Counted from the stretch's first letter, positions 21,429-33,450 are shown. The stretch: DNA of 64,000 nucleotides from Syntrophales bacterium (GCA_963668175.1 OY764159.1:32001-96000), one strand, 5' to 3'. Notes: generated by a model from the sequence alone, not told the origin. A program made the numbers and translations.

Positions 21429-22624
21429 GATTCAAGCCCCTCCCTCTGCTTGGCGATGACTTCGGCATCCTTGTCCCCTCTTCCGGACAGATTCACGATG
21501 ATGATTTTGTCCCTTCCGAGCGCGGGCGCAAGCTTCACGGCATAAGCGACGGCATGGGCGCTCTCCAGGGCGGGGATGATGCCTTCCAGCCGGGAAAGGG
21601 CCATGAACGCTTCCACCGCTTCGGCATCCGTTACGTTCAGATACTCGGCACGCCCCGTATCGCTGAAGTAGCTGTGCTCGGGACCGACTCCGGGGTAATC
21701 GAGGCCCGCGGCGATGGAATAGGCGTCCCGAATCTGTCCGAATGCATCCTGCAGGAGATACGTCCTGTTTCCGTGAAGCACGCCGACGCTTCCCGCCGAT
21801 ATGCTGGCGGAATGGAGGCCTGTCTCAATCCCTCTCCCCGCTGCTTCCACGCCCACCAGTTTTACGTGCTTTTCATTTCTGAAAGGATAGAAGAGTCCCA
21901 TGGCATTGCTGCCCCCGCCCACACAGGCGACGAGTACATCCGGGAGCCTGCCTTCCTTCTGCAAAATCTGTTTCTTCGTCTCGCGTCCGATGATGCTCTG
22001 GAAATTACGGACCATCATCGGGTAGGGATGAGGCCCCGCCGTTGTCCCGATGACGTAGAACGTATCGCGAACCGCCGAAACCCAGTAACGCATGGCCTCG
22101 CTCATGGCGTCCTTCAGTGTCGCCGTTCCCGCTTTAACGGGAATCACGTCCGCCCCGAGGATCTTCATACGAAAGACATTCGGCGCCTGTCTCCTGATGT
22201 CTTCCTCCCCCATGAAAATCTTGCATCCCATGCCGAATAGGGCGGCAACCGTCGCCGTGGCGACGCCGTGCTGGCCGGCCCCCGTTTCCGCAATGACCCT
22301 GGTCTTCCCCATATAGCGGGCCAGGAGGGCCTGGCCCAGGGTGTTGTTGATCTTGTGGGAACCGGTATGGTTGAGGTCTTCCCTTTTGAGGTATATCCTG
22401 GCGCCGCCCAGCTTCTCCGTAAGGCGCCGGGCGAAATACAACGGCGTAGGACGGCCCGCATAATCGCGGACAAGAGAGGCAAAATTGTCTCGAAACGTTT
22501 TATCATTGTGCATCTGCCTATACGCTTCTTCCAGTTCCAGGAGCGCCGGCATCAAAGTCTCGGCAGCATACCGCCCTCCGAATATCCCGAAGTGCCCCTT
22601 CCTGTCCGGTAAATGTTTCGTCAT
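21425..22624 (-). CDS. trpB: Tryptophan synthase beta chain
   Basis: [34 protein letters not shown]; start placed at MTKHL. Confidence 0.98.
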   Translation of the reverse strand: MTKHLPDRKGHFGIFGGRYAAETLMPALLELEEAYRQMHNDKTFRDNFASLVRDYAGRPTPLYFARRLTEKLGGARIYLKREDLNHTGSHKINNTLGQALLARYMGKTRVIAETGAGQHGVATATVAALFGMGCKIFMGEEDIRRQAPNVFRMKILGADVIPVKAGTATLKDAMSEAMRYWVSAVRDTFYVIGTTAGPHPYPMMVRNFQSIIGRETKKQILQKEGRLPDVLVACVGGGSNAMGLFYPFRNEKHVKLVGVEAAGRGIETGLHSASISAGSVGVLHGNRTYLLQDAFGQIRDAYSIAAGLDYPGVGPEHSYFSDTGRAEYLNVTDAEAVEAFMALSRLEGIIPALESAHAVAYAVKLAPALGRDKIIIVNLSGRGDKDAEVIAKQREGLES

Positions 22625-23280
22625 GGCTCCCTCCTGAATAATCCGGCTTCTCCACACGATGACCTGTCTTTCTCCCGGATCATTTTTATGATTCTCGCTA
22701 TTTTATCATGATCCTTCTTACCGGGGCCCGTTTCCACCCCGCTGTTGATGTCGACGGCGGACGGCGAAACGCGTTCGATGGCCGCCAGGACATTGCCTTC
22801 ATTCAAACCGCCGGCCAGGATCAACCGGCGCTTCGTCGCCAGTTGCCCGGCAAAGTCCCAGTCGGAGAGTTTTCCTGTCCCGCCGAACCGGTCGCCTTCA
22901 CGGGCATCCACCAGAAAGGCCTGCACCGCGTATTCCTCAATGGCCGACGACACGCCATCCTTGACGGCCGAAACGGCCTTGATGAGCCGGGACGGATCAA
23001 AATGGCGGCAATAGGCAGGGGATTCGTCGCCATGAAGTTGTATGAAGTCCAAGCCGCATGAGTCCGCAATCCCAAGGACCTCCTCTTCCGGCTGATTGAC
23101 AAAAACACCGACGCGGGCAACCGACGCGGGAAGCATGGCGATGATGTCCTTTGCCACCGCCGGGGAGATATACCGGGGCGATCGGGGATAAAAAATGAAT
23201 CCCAGGGCGTCTGCGCCGCAGGTTGCCGCATATCGGGCGTCCCCGATATTCGTCATTCCGCATATCTTGATGGCCGTCAT
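22621..23280 (-). CDS. trpF: Phosphoribosylanthranilate isomerase
   Basis: KICG, QLHGDE, GGTG, LAGGL, DINSGVE. Confidence 0.96.
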   Translation of the reverse strand: MTAIKICGMTNIGDARYAATCGADALGFIFYPRSPRYISPAVAKDIIAMLPASVARVGVFVNQPEEEVLGIADSCGLDFIQLHGDESPAYCRHFDPSRLIKAVSAVKDGVSSAIEEYAVQAFLVDAREGDRFGGTGKLSDWDFAGQLATKRRLILAGGLNEGNVLAAIERVSPSAVDINSGVETGPGKKDHDKIARIIKMIREKDRSSCGEAGLFRREP

Positions 23281-24050
23281 CGTCCTGTCAGCTCCTTCAG
23301 TTTCATCCCCGCATCCGGCGCCGTTACCAGCACTTCGCCGACCAGAAAGGCATGGATACCGGCCCTCATCAGTTTTTCGATATCGCCGCGTCCGTGGATG
23401 CCGCTTTCGCTCACGATGACGCGGTCACCCGGGACAAGGGCCGCCATTTCCAGGGAAACGCCGATGTCCGTTTTAAACGTCTGCAGGTCCCTGTTGTTGA
23501 TCCCTACGATCTCCGCCCCGGCTTCAAGCGCCCGCTCCAGTTCAGGGCGGGTATGGACCTCGACGAGGGAAGACATCGTCAAGGAATGGGCCAAGGCCAT
23601 ATAGTCCGTCAGCTGATGATCATCAAGGACGGCTGCGATGAGAAGGACGGCATCCGCCCCCGCGACCCTCGCCTCGTAGAACTGATAGGGGTCGATGATA
23701 AAATCCTTTCTCAAAACGGGAATGGCAACCCTTCGGCTCACGTCCTCAAGATCTTCGATACGGCCGCTGAAAAACGGCCCGTCCGTCAAGACCGAAATGG
23801 CCGCCGCACCGTTCTTCCCGTAGATCTCGGCCATGCATACGGCATCCATGTCGCCACGCAGAAATCCCTTGGAAGGCGACCGCCGTTTGATTTCGGCGAT
23901 AATCGCACATGTCGTGCCCTGCAGCGCCGACTTAAAATCGCGCGCCGGCTTCACAACCGAGGCTGCTTCCCGTATGCACGCCTCTGGTTTCCGCGCCTTC
24001 AGACGTCCGACCTCCTCTTTCTTCGCGCTGATAATATCGTCTAATATCAT
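23277..24050 (-). CDS. trpC: Indole-3-glycerol phosphate synthase
   Basis: IAEIKRRSPSKG, LRKDFI, GINNRDL, SESGI; start placed at MILDD. Confidence 0.97.
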   Translation of the reverse strand: MILDDIISAKKEEVGRLKARKPEACIREAASVVKPARDFKSALQGTTCAIIAEIKRRSPSKGFLRGDMDAVCMAEIYGKNGAAAISVLTDGPFFSGRIEDLEDVSRRVAIPVLRKDFIIDPYQFYEARVAGADAVLLIAAVLDDHQLTDYMALAHSLTMSSLVEVHTRPELERALEAGAEIVGINNRDLQTFKTDIGVSLEMAALVPGDRVIVSESGIHGRGDIEKLMRAGIHAFLVGEVLVTAPDAGMKLKELTGR

Positions 24051-24058
24051 CGCCACTC

Positions 24059-25069
24059 TCAACTGTTCGTCATCTCGATCAGGGCCTGCAGTTTCTTCAC
24101 GGCCGATCCGTTGTCGATACATTCCTCGGCGAGGGCCACCGCATCGCCGATAGACGAGGCCTTGTTGCCCGCCATAATGGCCAAACCGGCGTTGAGGACG
24201 ACGATCTTTCTCCGTGCGCCGTCATGTCCGGTAAGAATGTCCCGGGTGATCTGGGCGTTGACCGTGGCATCGCCGCCGGCGAGTTCTTTCCCTGGATAGG
24301 TCGCCCCGAATATTTCCCTGGGGTTGATGTTGTACGTGCTGATCAGGCCGTCCTTCAATTCGGACACCCTCGTTTCTCCGGTCACGGTGGCCTCGTCGAG
24401 CCCGTCGGACCCATGGACGATGAAGGCCCTCCTGGTGCCGAGATTTTTTAAGACGCCCGCAAACATTTCCGTAAGCTTGGCATCGTAAACGCCGATGAGC
24501 TGGGACGTGGCTCCGGCCGGATTGGTCAAGGGACCCAGCATGTTGAAAACGGTCCTGATACCGATCTCCCTCCGGGGGCCGATGGCATACTTCATGGCGC
24601 CGTGGAGACGCGGCGCAAACAGGAAACCGATGCCGATCTGCTGGATGCATTCCTCGACGATCTCCGGTCCCGCGTCGATATTGACGCCCAGGGCCTCAAG
24701 GAGGTCGGCGCTTCCGCAGCTGCTCGAGACGGCCCGGTTGCCGTGTTTGGCCACCGTCAAACCCGCTGCTGCAACAACAAAAGCGGCCGTCGTCGAAATA
24801 TTGAAAGTGTTGCTCCCGTCGCCACCGGTGCCGCATGTATCGACGATCTCGGAAGAACGGGCATCAATGCGGGTCGCTTTCTGCCGCATGATCCGTGCTG
24901 CGCCGGTCACCTCGTCCACCGTTTCTCCCTTGATCCGGAGAGCCGTTATAAAGGCTGCGATCTGGGCAGGGGTCGCCTTGCCTTCCATGATTTCGTTCAT
25001 AACCTCCATCGTAACCGCTTCACTGAGGTCCTCCTGCCGGACCAGTTTGGCCAGGGCTTCTTTGATCAT
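24059..25069 (-). CDS. trpD: Anthranilate phosphoribosyltransferase
   Basis: [23 protein letters not shown]; start at MIKEAL overlaps the trpG stop. Confidence 0.97.
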   Translation of the reverse strand: MIKEALAKLVRQEDLSEAVTMEVMNEIMEGKATPAQIAAFITALRIKGETVDEVTGAARIMRQKATRIDARSSEIVDTCGTGGDGSNTFNISTTAAFVVAAAGLTVAKHGNRAVSSSCGSADLLEALGVNIDAGPEIVEECIQQIGIGFLFAPRLHGAMKYAIGPRREIGIRTVFNMLGPLTNPAGATSQLIGVYDAKLTEMFAGVLKNLGTRRAFIVHGSDGLDEATVTGETRVSELKDGLISTYNINPREIFGATYPGKELAGGDATVNAQITRDILTGHDGARRKIVVLNAGLAIMAGNKASSIGDAVALAEECIDNGSAVKKLQALIEMTNS

Positions 25070-25653
25070 TGCAGCAACTCCTTTCTCATATAGGTGTCCA
25101 GGAAATTCTTGATCAGTCTCTTCCCGTTCGGGGTCAGGATCGATTCGGGATGGAACTGGATGCCCTCGACGGGATACTGTTTGTGCCTCAATCCCATGAT
25201 TTCCTTTTCCGCCGTCTCGGCACTGATCTCCAGGCAGGCGGGCAGCGTATCCCTTGCGACAATAAGGGAATGATAACGGCCCGCGATCATCGGGTTGGGC
25301 AGGCCTTTGAAAATCGTCTGGCCGTCGTTTAAGACCGGGGACGTCTTGCCATGCATCAGCCTGTCGGCCCGGACCACGCATCCGCCGAAGGCATAACCGA
25401 TAGCCTGATGCCCCAGGCACACCCCCATCATCGGAATCCTTTGATGGAAGTGACGGATAACGTCGACAGAGATCCCCGCTTCTTCCGGCGAACAGGGACC
25501 GGGCGAGAGGAAGATGGCGTCCGGTGCCAGGGTTTCGATTTCCTCGAGGGTCGTTTCATCGTTTCTTCGAACCACTACCTTCTCGCCCAGTTGCCCCAGA
25601 TACTGAACGAGATTGTAGGTAAACGAATCGTAATTATCGATCATCAATATCAT
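25066..25653 (-). CDS. trpG: Anthranilate synthase component II
   Basis: [24 protein letters not shown]. Confidence 0.96.
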   Translation of the reverse strand: MILMIDNYDSFTYNLVQYLGQLGEKVVVRRNDETTLEEIETLAPDAIFLSPGPCSPEEAGISVDVIRHFHQRIPMMGVCLGHQAIGYAFGGCVVRADRLMHGKTSPVLNDGQTIFKGLPNPMIAGRYHSLIVARDTLPACLEISAETAEKEIMGLRHKQYPVEGIQFHPESILTPNGKRLIKNFLDTYMRKELLQ

Positions 25654-25656
25654 TGC

Positions 25657-27153
25657 TTATCCTCCGTTTGATACGATTTCAAAACCGTTTTCCGCAAGCC
25701 GGATAGCCTGTCTCAACGCCTCGGCCTTGCTCAGACATTCCCGATGTTCGCCTTCCGGATCGGAATCGGCGACGATGCCGGCCCCCGCCTGAATGACGAT
25801 CTTTCCATCCTTGATCATGATCGTCCGGATGGTGATGCAGAAGTCCATGTTGCCCGTAAAGCTGAAGTATCCGACGGCTCCCCCGTAAGGACCCCGCTTG
25901 CATGGTTCCAGCTCTTCGATGATTTCCATGGCCCTGATTTTGGGCGCCCCGGTAAGCGTACCGGCCGGGAAAGCGGCCCTAAGGACATCGAAGGCATCCA
26001 TGCCGTCCTCAAGCTGGGCCTGAACATTGGAGACCAGGTGCATGACATGGGAATAGCGCTCCACGGCCATCAATTGCGTTACCTGAACGCTGCCGATACG
26101 GGCGATCCTTCCCAGGTCGTTCCTGCCCAAATCGACCAGCATGACATGCTCCGCTCTCTCCTTGGGATCGTTGAGAAGCTCGTCAGCATTTTTCCGGTCT
26201 TCCTGCTCGGTCGTCCCCCTCTTTTTCGTCCCCGCGATCGGTTTCAATTCCACAACGCCCTCTTCGAGGCGGACCATGACCTCCGGCGACGACCCGACAA
26301 GCGTTAATTCGTCGGTGCGGATAAAGAAGAGATAGGGCGAGGGATTCGTATAACGCAGCGCCCGGTAGAGTTGAATGGGATCGATACCGTTTTCGCCTTC
26401 GAAACGTTGCGAGATAACGACCTGAATGATATCGCCGGCGACGATGTATTCCTTGGCTTTAGCGACCATGGCGCGATATTCTTCCGGCGCAACATTGGAC
26501 TGGAGTCTGATCGGCTCGGCGGATTCGCTCCGCCGGACGGCGGAATCCATCGGCGTGGTCAAGAGAACGACCATATCGTCGATCTTCCGGACAGCATCGT
26601 CGTAGGCCGACCGCAGATCGTCCGCCTCGTCGGTCGCGGCACAGGCGACCACTTTGATGGTATGGCGGATATTATCGAAAATGATGAGCGTATCGGTGAT
26701 CATGAACACGGCATCCGCTTCGGGACCGGTCTTTTTCAAATCCGGCAGACGCTCGAAATGGCGCACCATGTCGTAACCGAGAAATCCCACGGCCCCGCCG
26801 TAAAAGCGAGGAAGGCCGGGAACGGTGACGGGATGGTAGTCGTCCATGATATTCTTCAATATTTTCATGGGATTCCCTTCATGGGGAACCTTCCGGGAAT
26901 CTCCATTCTTCAAGATATGAACCTCACCGCCCACGACCTTAAAGATCAAATAGGGGTTGGCGCCCAGAAAAGTGTACCGGCCCCATTTTTCACCCCCTTC
27001 GACGCTCTCCAGAAGAAAAAGGTGGGGACACAAGCGAAGCTTCATGAGCGCGGAAACGGGCGTTTCCATATCGGCGATGATTTCCCGATAGATGGGGATC
27101 AGATTACCCTGGGCGGACATGGTGCCGAATGTTTCAAATGTCGGATAATACAT
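25657..27153 (-). CDS. trpE: Anthranilate synthase component I
   Basis: LLESVEGG, NPSPY, KERAEHVMLVDLGRND, GAPKIRAM; start placed at MYYPT. Confidence 0.97.
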   Translation of the reverse strand: MYYPTFETFGTMSAQGNLIPIYREIIADMETPVSALMKLRLCPHLFLLESVEGGEKWGRYTFLGANPYLIFKVVGGEVHILKNGDSRKVPHEGNPMKILKNIMDDYHPVTVPGLPRFYGGAVGFLGYDMVRHFERLPDLKKTGPEADAVFMITDTLIIFDNIRHTIKVVACAATDEADDLRSAYDDAVRKIDDMVVLLTTPMDSAVRRSESAEPIRLQSNVAPEEYRAMVAKAKEYIVAGDIIQVVISQRFEGENGIDPIQLYRALRYTNPSPYLFFIRTDELTLVGSSPEVMVRLEEGVVELKPIAGTKKRGTTEQEDRKNADELLNDPKERAEHVMLVDLGRNDLGRIARIGSVQVTQLMAVERYSHVMHLVSNVQAQLEDGMDAFDVLRAAFPAGTLTGAPKIRAMEIIEELEPCKRGPYGGAVGYFSFTGNMDFCITIRTIMIKDGKIVIQAGAGIVADSDPEGEHRECLSKAEALRQAIRLAENGFEIVSNGG

Positions 27154-27182
27154 GTTGGTTTCCTCATTCCGATGCAAAAAAT

Positions 27183-27215
27183 AAAAAAAGGCCGCGATTT
27201 TCGATCACGGCCTTT
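27183..27215 (-). terminator. trp leader terminator 2
   Basis: AAAGGCCGUGAU-CGAAA-AUCGCGGCCUUU with a U7 tract. Confidence 0.8.
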
Positions 27216-27232
27216 CTGTTTAGCTTAAAAGC

Positions 27233-27266
27233 AAAAAAGCCGTGGAGAGCAGGCTCTCCACGGCTT
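27233..27266 (-). terminator. trp leader terminator 1
   Basis: Perfect stem AAGCCGUGGAGAG / CUCUCCACGGCUU with a U6 tract. Confidence 0.88.
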
Positions 27267-27289
27267 ACAGTCTATCTAAGGAACAAACT

Positions 27290-27361
27290 TCAGCAGCGGA
27301 CGAACCCCTCCCGAGATTTCCGCCACCACCAGCTTCCGATTGACGACATAACCTGAATCAT
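27290..27361 (-). CDS. trpL: trp operon leader peptide MIQVMSSIGSWWWRKSREGFVRC
   Basis: 23-aa ORF with three tandem TGG codons and a GAGG RBS, directly upstream of the terminators and trpE. Confidence 0.88.
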   Translation of the reverse strand: MIQVMSSIGSWWWRKSREGFVRC

Positions 27362-27413
27362 TTAAAAACCTCTTAACACTCTTCAACAACGAATAAACTA
27401 TCTGTTACGAATA

Positions 27414-27442
27414 GATTTAGCAAAATCCCGGAAGTCTGTCAA
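27414..27442 (-). promoter_or_regulatory. Sigma70-type promoter for the trp leader
   Basis: TTGACA-17 nt-TAAATC with an extended -10 TG. Confidence 0.6.
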
Positions 27443-27474
27443 TAAATAATTCGCATGATCATGTGTGATTGAGA

Positions 27475-27503
27475 TTGACAGGCCATAGCTAATCGCCTAT
27501 AAT
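27475..27503 (+). promoter_or_regulatory. Consensus sigma70 promoter for the PAS-GGDEF gene
   Basis: TTGACA-17 nt-TATAAT, perfect consensus. Confidence 0.8.
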
Positions 27504-27579
27504 TTAGTAATAGTTATCATCATTTCCGCGGATACGACGGCATCAAACGGCTCATGAATCAGCACGACCCGGTCGATAC

Positions 27580-29634
27580 ATGAAAACGGACCATCGCCCC
27601 TTGCAACACATGACTGATCGAAGACAGCGGGACATATTCCGTGTTTTAACGGACGGCATGCGGGATATCGCCATCTGCATCTGCCAGAATGATTCCATAC
27701 GCTATTCCAGTCTGGGCATGGAAAAGCTTACGGGTTACACCAACCGGGAGCTTACGGGTATGAACCTTTGGGACATGGTCCATCCCGATTTCAGGGAACT
27801 GGTCAGAGCCCGCGGCTACGCCTGTCAGCGGGGAAAGCTCTTTGCGACAAAGCACGAGTTCATCATGTTCGATAAAGAAGGCAATGAGCATTGGGTGGAC
27901 TTTTCCGGCGGTTATATCGAGTACGACAACGAGCCGGCAGCCGTCGTCATCCTGTCGGATATTACCGAGCATAAAGAAGCCCTGCAGGCGCTTCAATCCA
28001 GCGAAGAGAAATATCGGAATCTTGTCGAGCAGGCAAACGACGGCATCGTCATCGTCCAGGACGGACTTATCGAGTATGCCAACGGTCACGCCGCCGAGAC
28101 ATTCGGCTACCGCCTGGACGAATTCATGGGGCAGCCCTTCTCCATCTTAAGCGAATCCGATATCACCTTCAAGCTTGCCGATTGTTACCAGCGCCGCGCC
28201 GCGGGCGAGGATGTCCCGCAGATATTCGAAGCGGTCGGGAGACACAAGAACGGCCGCCCTCTTTCCCTGGAGTACAATGTCGTCCTGACCATCTATCAGG
28301 AAAAGGCCGCCACGCTCGTCCAGATCAGGGACGTAGGTGAACACAGGAAAGTCGATCGGGAACTTAACGAAAGCCAGGAGAAATTCAGGATACTCGCAGA
28401 AACCGCGGCAGCAGCCATATTCATCTTCAAGAAAGACCGGTTCTATTACGCCAATCCGACGATGGAAAAAGTGACAGGATACAACTCTCAGGAACTGCAG
28501 AACCTCAAATTCACCGATCTCGTCCATGAACGCTTCCGGGGACACATCCAAACCTGTACCGAAGCTTCGCTGAAGGGCGATGCCGTTTCGGGCTGCGAAC
28601 TCATCCTTGTCGATAAGAACGGCCGGGAGCACTGGATAGACTATCATGCCGGCTCGATCGAATATGAAGGAGAACCGGCCGTCATCGGCACCGCTTACGA
28701 TATTACCGAACTCAAGAAAGCGGCCGAGGATCTCCGGGAAGGGGAGAAAAGATACCGGCTCCTCGTCGAGTCCCTCCAGGGAGGGATCTGGGTGATCGAC
28801 AAAGACGCCCGGACAACCTATGTCAATCCCTGTATGGCCGAAATGCTGGGATACACCGTGGAAGAGATGATCGGCAAAGGTCTCTACTCCTTTATGGACG
28901 ATGTCGGCGTCGAGGTCTGCAAGCGGAACATGGAACGCCGCCAGCAGGGCATCAAGGAGCTGCATGATTTTGAATTCTTGCGGAAGGACGGCCGGCGGCT
29001 CTACGCCAACTTCGAGACAACCCAGATTACGAACGAAGAGGGCGTCCACATCGGAACAATCGCCGGCGTTATGGATATCACCGCCCGGAGGCGCACGGAG
29101 GAGATCATCATCAAGATGGCCTATCACGACGCCCTAACTGGGCTTCCCAACCGTATGCTCTTCAAGGACCGGCTGACGATGGCCATGTCGTACGCCAACC
29201 GCCACCGAAAAGAAGTGGCCGTTATGATGCTCGATCTAGACAAATTCAAGGAAGTCAACGACACGCTCGGTCATTCCGTGGGCGATCTGCTTTTAAAATC
29301 GGTCGCGGAGCGCCTGCTGCTTTTGCTGCGGATGAACGATACCGTGGCCCGCATCGGGGGCGACGAATTCATGATCGTCCTCCCTGAAATATCGAACCCC
29401 CAAGACGTAAGCGTCATCGCCCAGAAGCTGATCCGGTCTTTCGAAACGCCCTTCGTCTGCGACGATCACGAGCTGAAAATCACGACCAGCATCGGCATCG
29501 CCCTTTACCCCACCGACGGGAAGGATGTGGACACCCTGATCAAGTACGCCGATATGGCCATGTACGGCGCCAAAGCGACGGGCAGAAATGCCTACCGCTA
29601 TTACGGCGATTCCGGAAAATCTCCGGGTGCCTGA
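27580..29634 (+). CDS. Multi-PAS (about 4) diguanylate cyclase
   Basis: Repeated PAS/PAC segments; HDALTGLPNR, RMND I-site, GGDEF. Confidence 0.93.
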   Translation: MKTDHRPLQHMTDRRQRDIFRVLTDGMRDIAICICQNDSIRYSSLGMEKLTGYTNRELTGMNLWDMVHPDFRELVRARGYACQRGKLFATKHEFIMFDKEGNEHWVDFSGGYIEYDNEPAAVVILSDITEHKEALQALQSSEEKYRNLVEQANDGIVIVQDGLIEYANGHAAETFGYRLDEFMGQPFSILSESDITFKLADCYQRRAAGEDVPQIFEAVGRHKNGRPLSLEYNVVLTIYQEKAATLVQIRDVGEHRKVDRELNESQEKFRILAETAAAAIFIFKKDRFYYANPTMEKVTGYNSQELQNLKFTDLVHERFRGHIQTCTEASLKGDAVSGCELILVDKNGREHWIDYHAGSIEYEGEPAVIGTAYDITELKKAAEDLREGEKRYRLLVESLQGGIWVIDKDARTTYVNPCMAEMLGYTVEEMIGKGLYSFMDDVGVEVCKRNMERRQQGIKELHDFEFLRKDGRRLYANFETTQITNEEGVHIGTIAGVMDITARRRTEEIIIKMAYHDALTGLPNRMLFKDRLTMAMSYANRHRKEVAVMMLDLDKFKEVNDTLGHSVGDLLLKSVAERLLLLLRMNDTVARIGGDEFMIVLPEISNPQDVSVIAQKLIRSFETPFVCDDHELKITTSIGIALYPTDGKDVDTLIKYADMAMYGAKATGRNAYRYYGDSGKSPGA

Positions 29635-29785
29635 ATCGAACCACCACACACAGCCTGGAGCGGACCTTCGTCACACAGGCGGCCGGTCTGCGGCGGAAAG
29701 GGTCAGCAACGGCGCATTCCCAACAAAAACCAACCCAATATCCCTTTTGGTTGCCCGGGAATGTTGAGACACCTCTATACGATCT

Positions 29786-30772
29786 TTATTGATCGGCGGC
29801 GACCGCCCCGGGCCAGAGGTAATAGAACCCCGCATGAAGGCCGAGGATATCCGGCAGTTCGATGTTGATCATGGCGGGCTTCAGATTATCCGCCGCAACG
29901 CCCCCCACATTGTAGAAATTGTCTTCCGGATACTCGTTGCGCCTGAAAACCACGACTCGGGCATCCTGGGGAAGTCCGGCCAACCGCTTGGACTCCTGGA
30001 CGGCATCGCTTAAATAGCCGATCTTATCGATCAGTCCCATCTTCAGGGCTTCCTCCGGCAGGAAGATGCGGGCCGTCGACATGTCGGCAAAAGCCGCTTC
30101 CGTCATTTTCCGGTGCTTCCGGACGAGGCTCACGAATCTATCCCCAAGATCGTTGACGGTCTTCTGGAAAAGCTTTTGTTCGTCCTCGCTGCCGCCCCGG
30201 AAAGGCGACCCCATATCCTTGTACTTGCCGTATTTGCTGACGTCCACGCCGACGCCGATCTTGTCCATCAGTCCGTTCACCTTCGGCCGCATGAAGATCA
30301 CGCCTACGGAACCCGTGACGCTCGTGGGATGGGCCATAATCGTATCGGCCGGCAGGGACATGTAATAAGCGCCCGACGTGGCCATTTCCATCATGGATAC
30401 GACGACCTTCGTCCCGGTTCGTTCCTTGAAGGCGGCAATTTCATGGTAGAGAAGATCGCTGGCCGTAATGGTGCCGCCGGGGGAACTGATTTTAATCAGA
30501 ACCGCCTTGATCTGCTTGTCTTTTTCCGCTTTCCTCAGGTGGGCCACAACCTGATCGACGAGGCTGGGCGACGAACTGATGATCCCCTGCTTGGGGTTAT
30601 CGGAAATCATGCCCCGTACCGGGATGAGCAGAATTTTCTCTTTCGCGCTGCCCTCAAGTGTGAACTCCCGAAGGGGGTCGGTCGCATCGGGCAGCAGCCT
30701 TAATTTCGGCGCCGCACAGGCTGTTGTCAGCAACAGAGCGGCGATGACCCATAAAAAACTGTATCTTCTCAT
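29786..30772 (-). CDS. sppA: Signal peptide peptidase SppA (S49), probable lipoprotein
   Basis: SSPGG, ATSGAYY, TGSVGV, YKDMGSP; lipobox-like LTTAC; start placed at MRRYSF. Confidence 0.9.
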   Translation of the reverse strand: MRRYSFLWVIAALLLTTACAAPKLRLLPDATDPLREFTLEGSAKEKILLIPVRGMISDNPKQGIISSSPSLVDQVVAHLRKAEKDKQIKAVLIKISSPGGTITASDLLYHEIAAFKERTGTKVVVSMMEMATSGAYYMSLPADTIMAHPTSVTGSVGVIFMRPKVNGLMDKIGVGVDVSKYGKYKDMGSPFRGGSEDEQKLFQKTVNDLGDRFVSLVRKHRKMTEAAFADMSTARIFLPEEALKMGLIDKIGYLSDAVQESKRLAGLPQDARVVVFRRNEYPEDNFYNVGGVAADNLKPAMINIELPDILGLHAGFYYLWPGAVAADQ

Positions 30773-31071
30773 ACGATACCTCCGAAATGTCAAACCCCGC
30801 ACACTTCTCGCAACGGGGTTTAAAAAAGGTTCATGAAGGTTTCCCATAAATAAAGGCTCCGGTCAGACACAGGAATCGAATCAACCTTCATATTGGGTAT
30901 CATTCTTTCCTGGTTTCGTCTACGGGTGAATAAGAATACCGGAAACCTACCAGTGTCCTCCGTACCCCGCACGATCGGACGCTTGTTTTCCAAGACATCG
31001 TATCTCCTGAAGCCAGAAAAGAAGAAACATGACGGCCTGTTCGATCATTCCGGTCGTTTGGAGAGGGAAGA

Positions 31072-31854
31072 TCACGGGATATGCTGCCGGATGGTCGAGG
31101 CGTCGACGATCCGCTGATTAAGCCCGGCCGAATCTTCAGCGGCAATCATTCGTTCGATTTCGGCGACAACCTGCTTATAGGCTTCGACGATACGGTATTT
31201 GTTCGGATTTCTCATGATCATGTCCACGTAGAGGCCGTGATGGTCGCTGAATATCTTTTCCATGAACTTCTTCTTGGCCCTGAAAACGGGTGTGGAAAAA
31301 GAATCCTGGGTTTCGCGGTCGATATTCAACTCCTTCAGGGCCAGACCGAAGGCGATGGTGTTGATATGCGTCAATCCCTGCACCACGGCCATCATGTCGT
31401 CGTGTACGCGGGGCGTGGTCACAACGACCCGGGCTTTCCGTGTTTCCAGGAGGTCCTTTAAACAGTTGAACCAGCGCTCCCCTCTGCCGGGGCAGAGGAC
31501 GATATTCTCTCCGGCCAGGGAGATCACGTCTGGACCGAAAAGCGGATGACAGCCGACGACCTCCGCAACGGATAGCCCAAGCATGGCCGCCATAGGCTCT
31601 TCCTTCAGCGACGTAAAATCCATCAACAATTGTTCCCGTTTCAATTGCGGCCCGATCTCACAGATGACATCGACTGTAACGTCTATGGGTACGGAAACAA
31701 CGACAACCTGGCACTGGGCTGCAATCCCGGAGGGCGTCACTTCCGTATGTCTTCCCGCCACCGAAACGGTGAAGCCCTCTTTGCGGAAGAAATCGGCGAA
31801 CCAGCGGCCGATACCTCCCGTACCGCCGATAATCCCGATATGAATATCTTTCAT
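31072..31854 (-). CDS. tyrA: Prephenate/arogenate dehydrogenase
   Basis: [34 protein letters not shown]; start at MKDIH overlaps the aroC stop. Confidence 0.9.
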   Translation of the reverse strand: MKDIHIGIIGGTGGIGRWFADFFRKEGFTVSVAGRHTEVTPSGIAAQCQVVVVSVPIDVTVDVICEIGPQLKREQLLMDFTSLKEEPMAAMLGLSVAEVVGCHPLFGPDVISLAGENIVLCPGRGERWFNCLKDLLETRKARVVVTTPRVHDDMMAVVQGLTHINTIAFGLALKELNIDRETQDSFSTPVFRAKKKFMEKIFSDHHGLYVDMIMRNPNKYRIVEAYKQVVAEIERMIAAEDSAGLNQRIVDASTIRQHIP

Positions 31855-32906
31855 GGGTTCAAGGTCCTCTGTCTTAAGAGATGGTCGGCAAGGACGATGC
31901 TGACCATCGCCTCGCAAACGGGAATAATGCGGGGAATCACCGATACGTCGTGCCTTCCCTTCACGGACAGCGTCACGGCGTTCCCGCTGATATCGATCGT
32001 GTCCTGCGGCCTCGCTATCGAAGGAATCGGCTTGCACGCCGCACGGATAACGATATCGGCGCCTGTCGTGATGCCGGCAAGGCTTCCCCCGGCATGGTTC
32101 GAAGCGAATCCGCCGGGTGTGATGGGATCGTTACACTCCGAGCCCGTCATGCGTGCCGCCTCCAACCCGGCGCCGATTTCGACGGCCTTGACCGTTCCAA
32201 TGCTCATCAGGGCCTTGGCGAGATCGGCGTCGATTTTGTCGAATACGGGATCTCCCAATCCGGGAGGACAGCCCTGAACGACGATTTCCACGATACCGCC
32301 CAGGGTGTCGCCTTCCTGCCTGGCCTGACGGAGCTTTTCTTCCATCCTTTCAGCCGCAGCCGAGTCGGGGCAGCACAAGGCATTGCGTCCGGCATCGGCA
32401 AGGGAATCGATGCGGCAAACGATACCGCCCAGTTCTCTCGTATAGGCTACGACTCGGATTCCAGCGCCCGCTATGACCTTGCGCGCTACGGCACCGGCGG
32501 CGACGCGCGATGCCGTCTCCCGTCCCGACGCCCGGCCTCCGCCGCGATGGTCGCGGATGCCGTATTTCCTCAAGTAGGTTACATCGCCGTGGCCGGGCCG
32601 AAGGATCGTCCTCAATGTTTCGTAATCGCCGCTGCGGGCATCGCTATTCCTTATCAAGAGCGAAATCGCCGTCCCCGTCGTCTTACCCTCGAATGTCCCC
32701 GACAGTATTTCGACACGGTCCGCTTCCTTGCGGGGTGTCGCCGAATCAAGCCGTCCCGGCCGGCGCCGGTCGAGATCAACCTGTATATCCTCCTCGGTTA
32801 ACGCCAGGTTCGGCGGACATCCGTCGATAATCGCTCCAATCGCGGGACCGTGGGATTCCCCCCATGTCGTAACCCTGAAAATCTCTCCTATGGAATTACC
32901 CGCCAT
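31851..32906 (-). CDS. aroC: Chorismate synthase
   Basis: [28 protein letters not shown]. Confidence 0.97.
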   Translation of the reverse strand: MAGNSIGEIFRVTTWGESHGPAIGAIIDGCPPNLALTEEDIQVDLDRRRPGRLDSATPRKEADRVEILSGTFEGKTTGTAISLLIRNSDARSGDYETLRTILRPGHGDVTYLRKYGIRDHRGGGRASGRETASRVAAGAVARKVIAGAGIRVVAYTRELGGIVCRIDSLADAGRNALCCPDSAAAERMEEKLRQARQEGDTLGGIVEIVVQGCPPGLGDPVFDKIDADLAKALMSIGTVKAVEIGAGLEAARMTGSECNDPITPGGFASNHAGGSLAGITTGADIVIRAACKPIPSIARPQDTIDISGNAVTLSVKGRHDVSVIPRIIPVCEAMVSIVLADHLLRQRTLNP

Positions 32907-33447
32907 ATCGGCCTCCCGTAATCGCCGCCCGTCGCTTTACCGCCAGGAGGCATACTTCTTCGGCAATCTCTTGTATCAGCCGCTCGTCCGTATCGATGCG
33001 GATATCGGCCGCCGACTCGTATCGAGGCCGGCGCTCTGCAAGCACAGCATTTACTTCGTCATATAAGCCCGCCTCGGAAAGGGCAGGCCGTTGCGACTCA
33101 CTCCTTGTATCGTCCTTCATCCTTCGAACGATAGCGGTTGTCCCGGCCGTCAGCCATACGAAAAAGCCATCCGCTTTGAGACACTGGACGTTGGCTTCGT
33201 CGAGAACCGCTCCGCCGCCAAGGGCAATGACACAGCCGTTTTCAGCCGACAGTTTCCGGACAACGGCGCTTTCTTCCTTCCGGAACGACTCCCATCCTTC
33301 TTCGGCAACGATTTCCCGGATCGTCCTTCCCGATTGTTCCTCTATTAGCGCATCGGTGTCGTAAAAGGGAAGCCCCATATCGGCGGCCACCTGTTTTCCG
33401 ATCGTTGTCTTGCCCGTGCACCGGTATCCTATGAAGACGATATTCAT
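32896..33447 (-). CDS. aroK: Shikimate kinase
   Basis: [22 protein letters not shown]. Confidence 0.93.
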   Translation of the reverse strand: MNIVFIGYRCTGKTTIGKQVAADMGLPFYDTDALIEEQSGRTIREIVAEEGWESFRKEESAVVRKLSAENGCVIALGGGAVLDEANVQCLKADGFFVWLTAGTTAIVRRMKDDTRSESQRPALSEAGLYDEVNAVLAERRPRYESAADIRIDTDERLIQEIAEEVCLLAVKRRAAITGGRYGG

Positions 33448-33450
33448 GGC

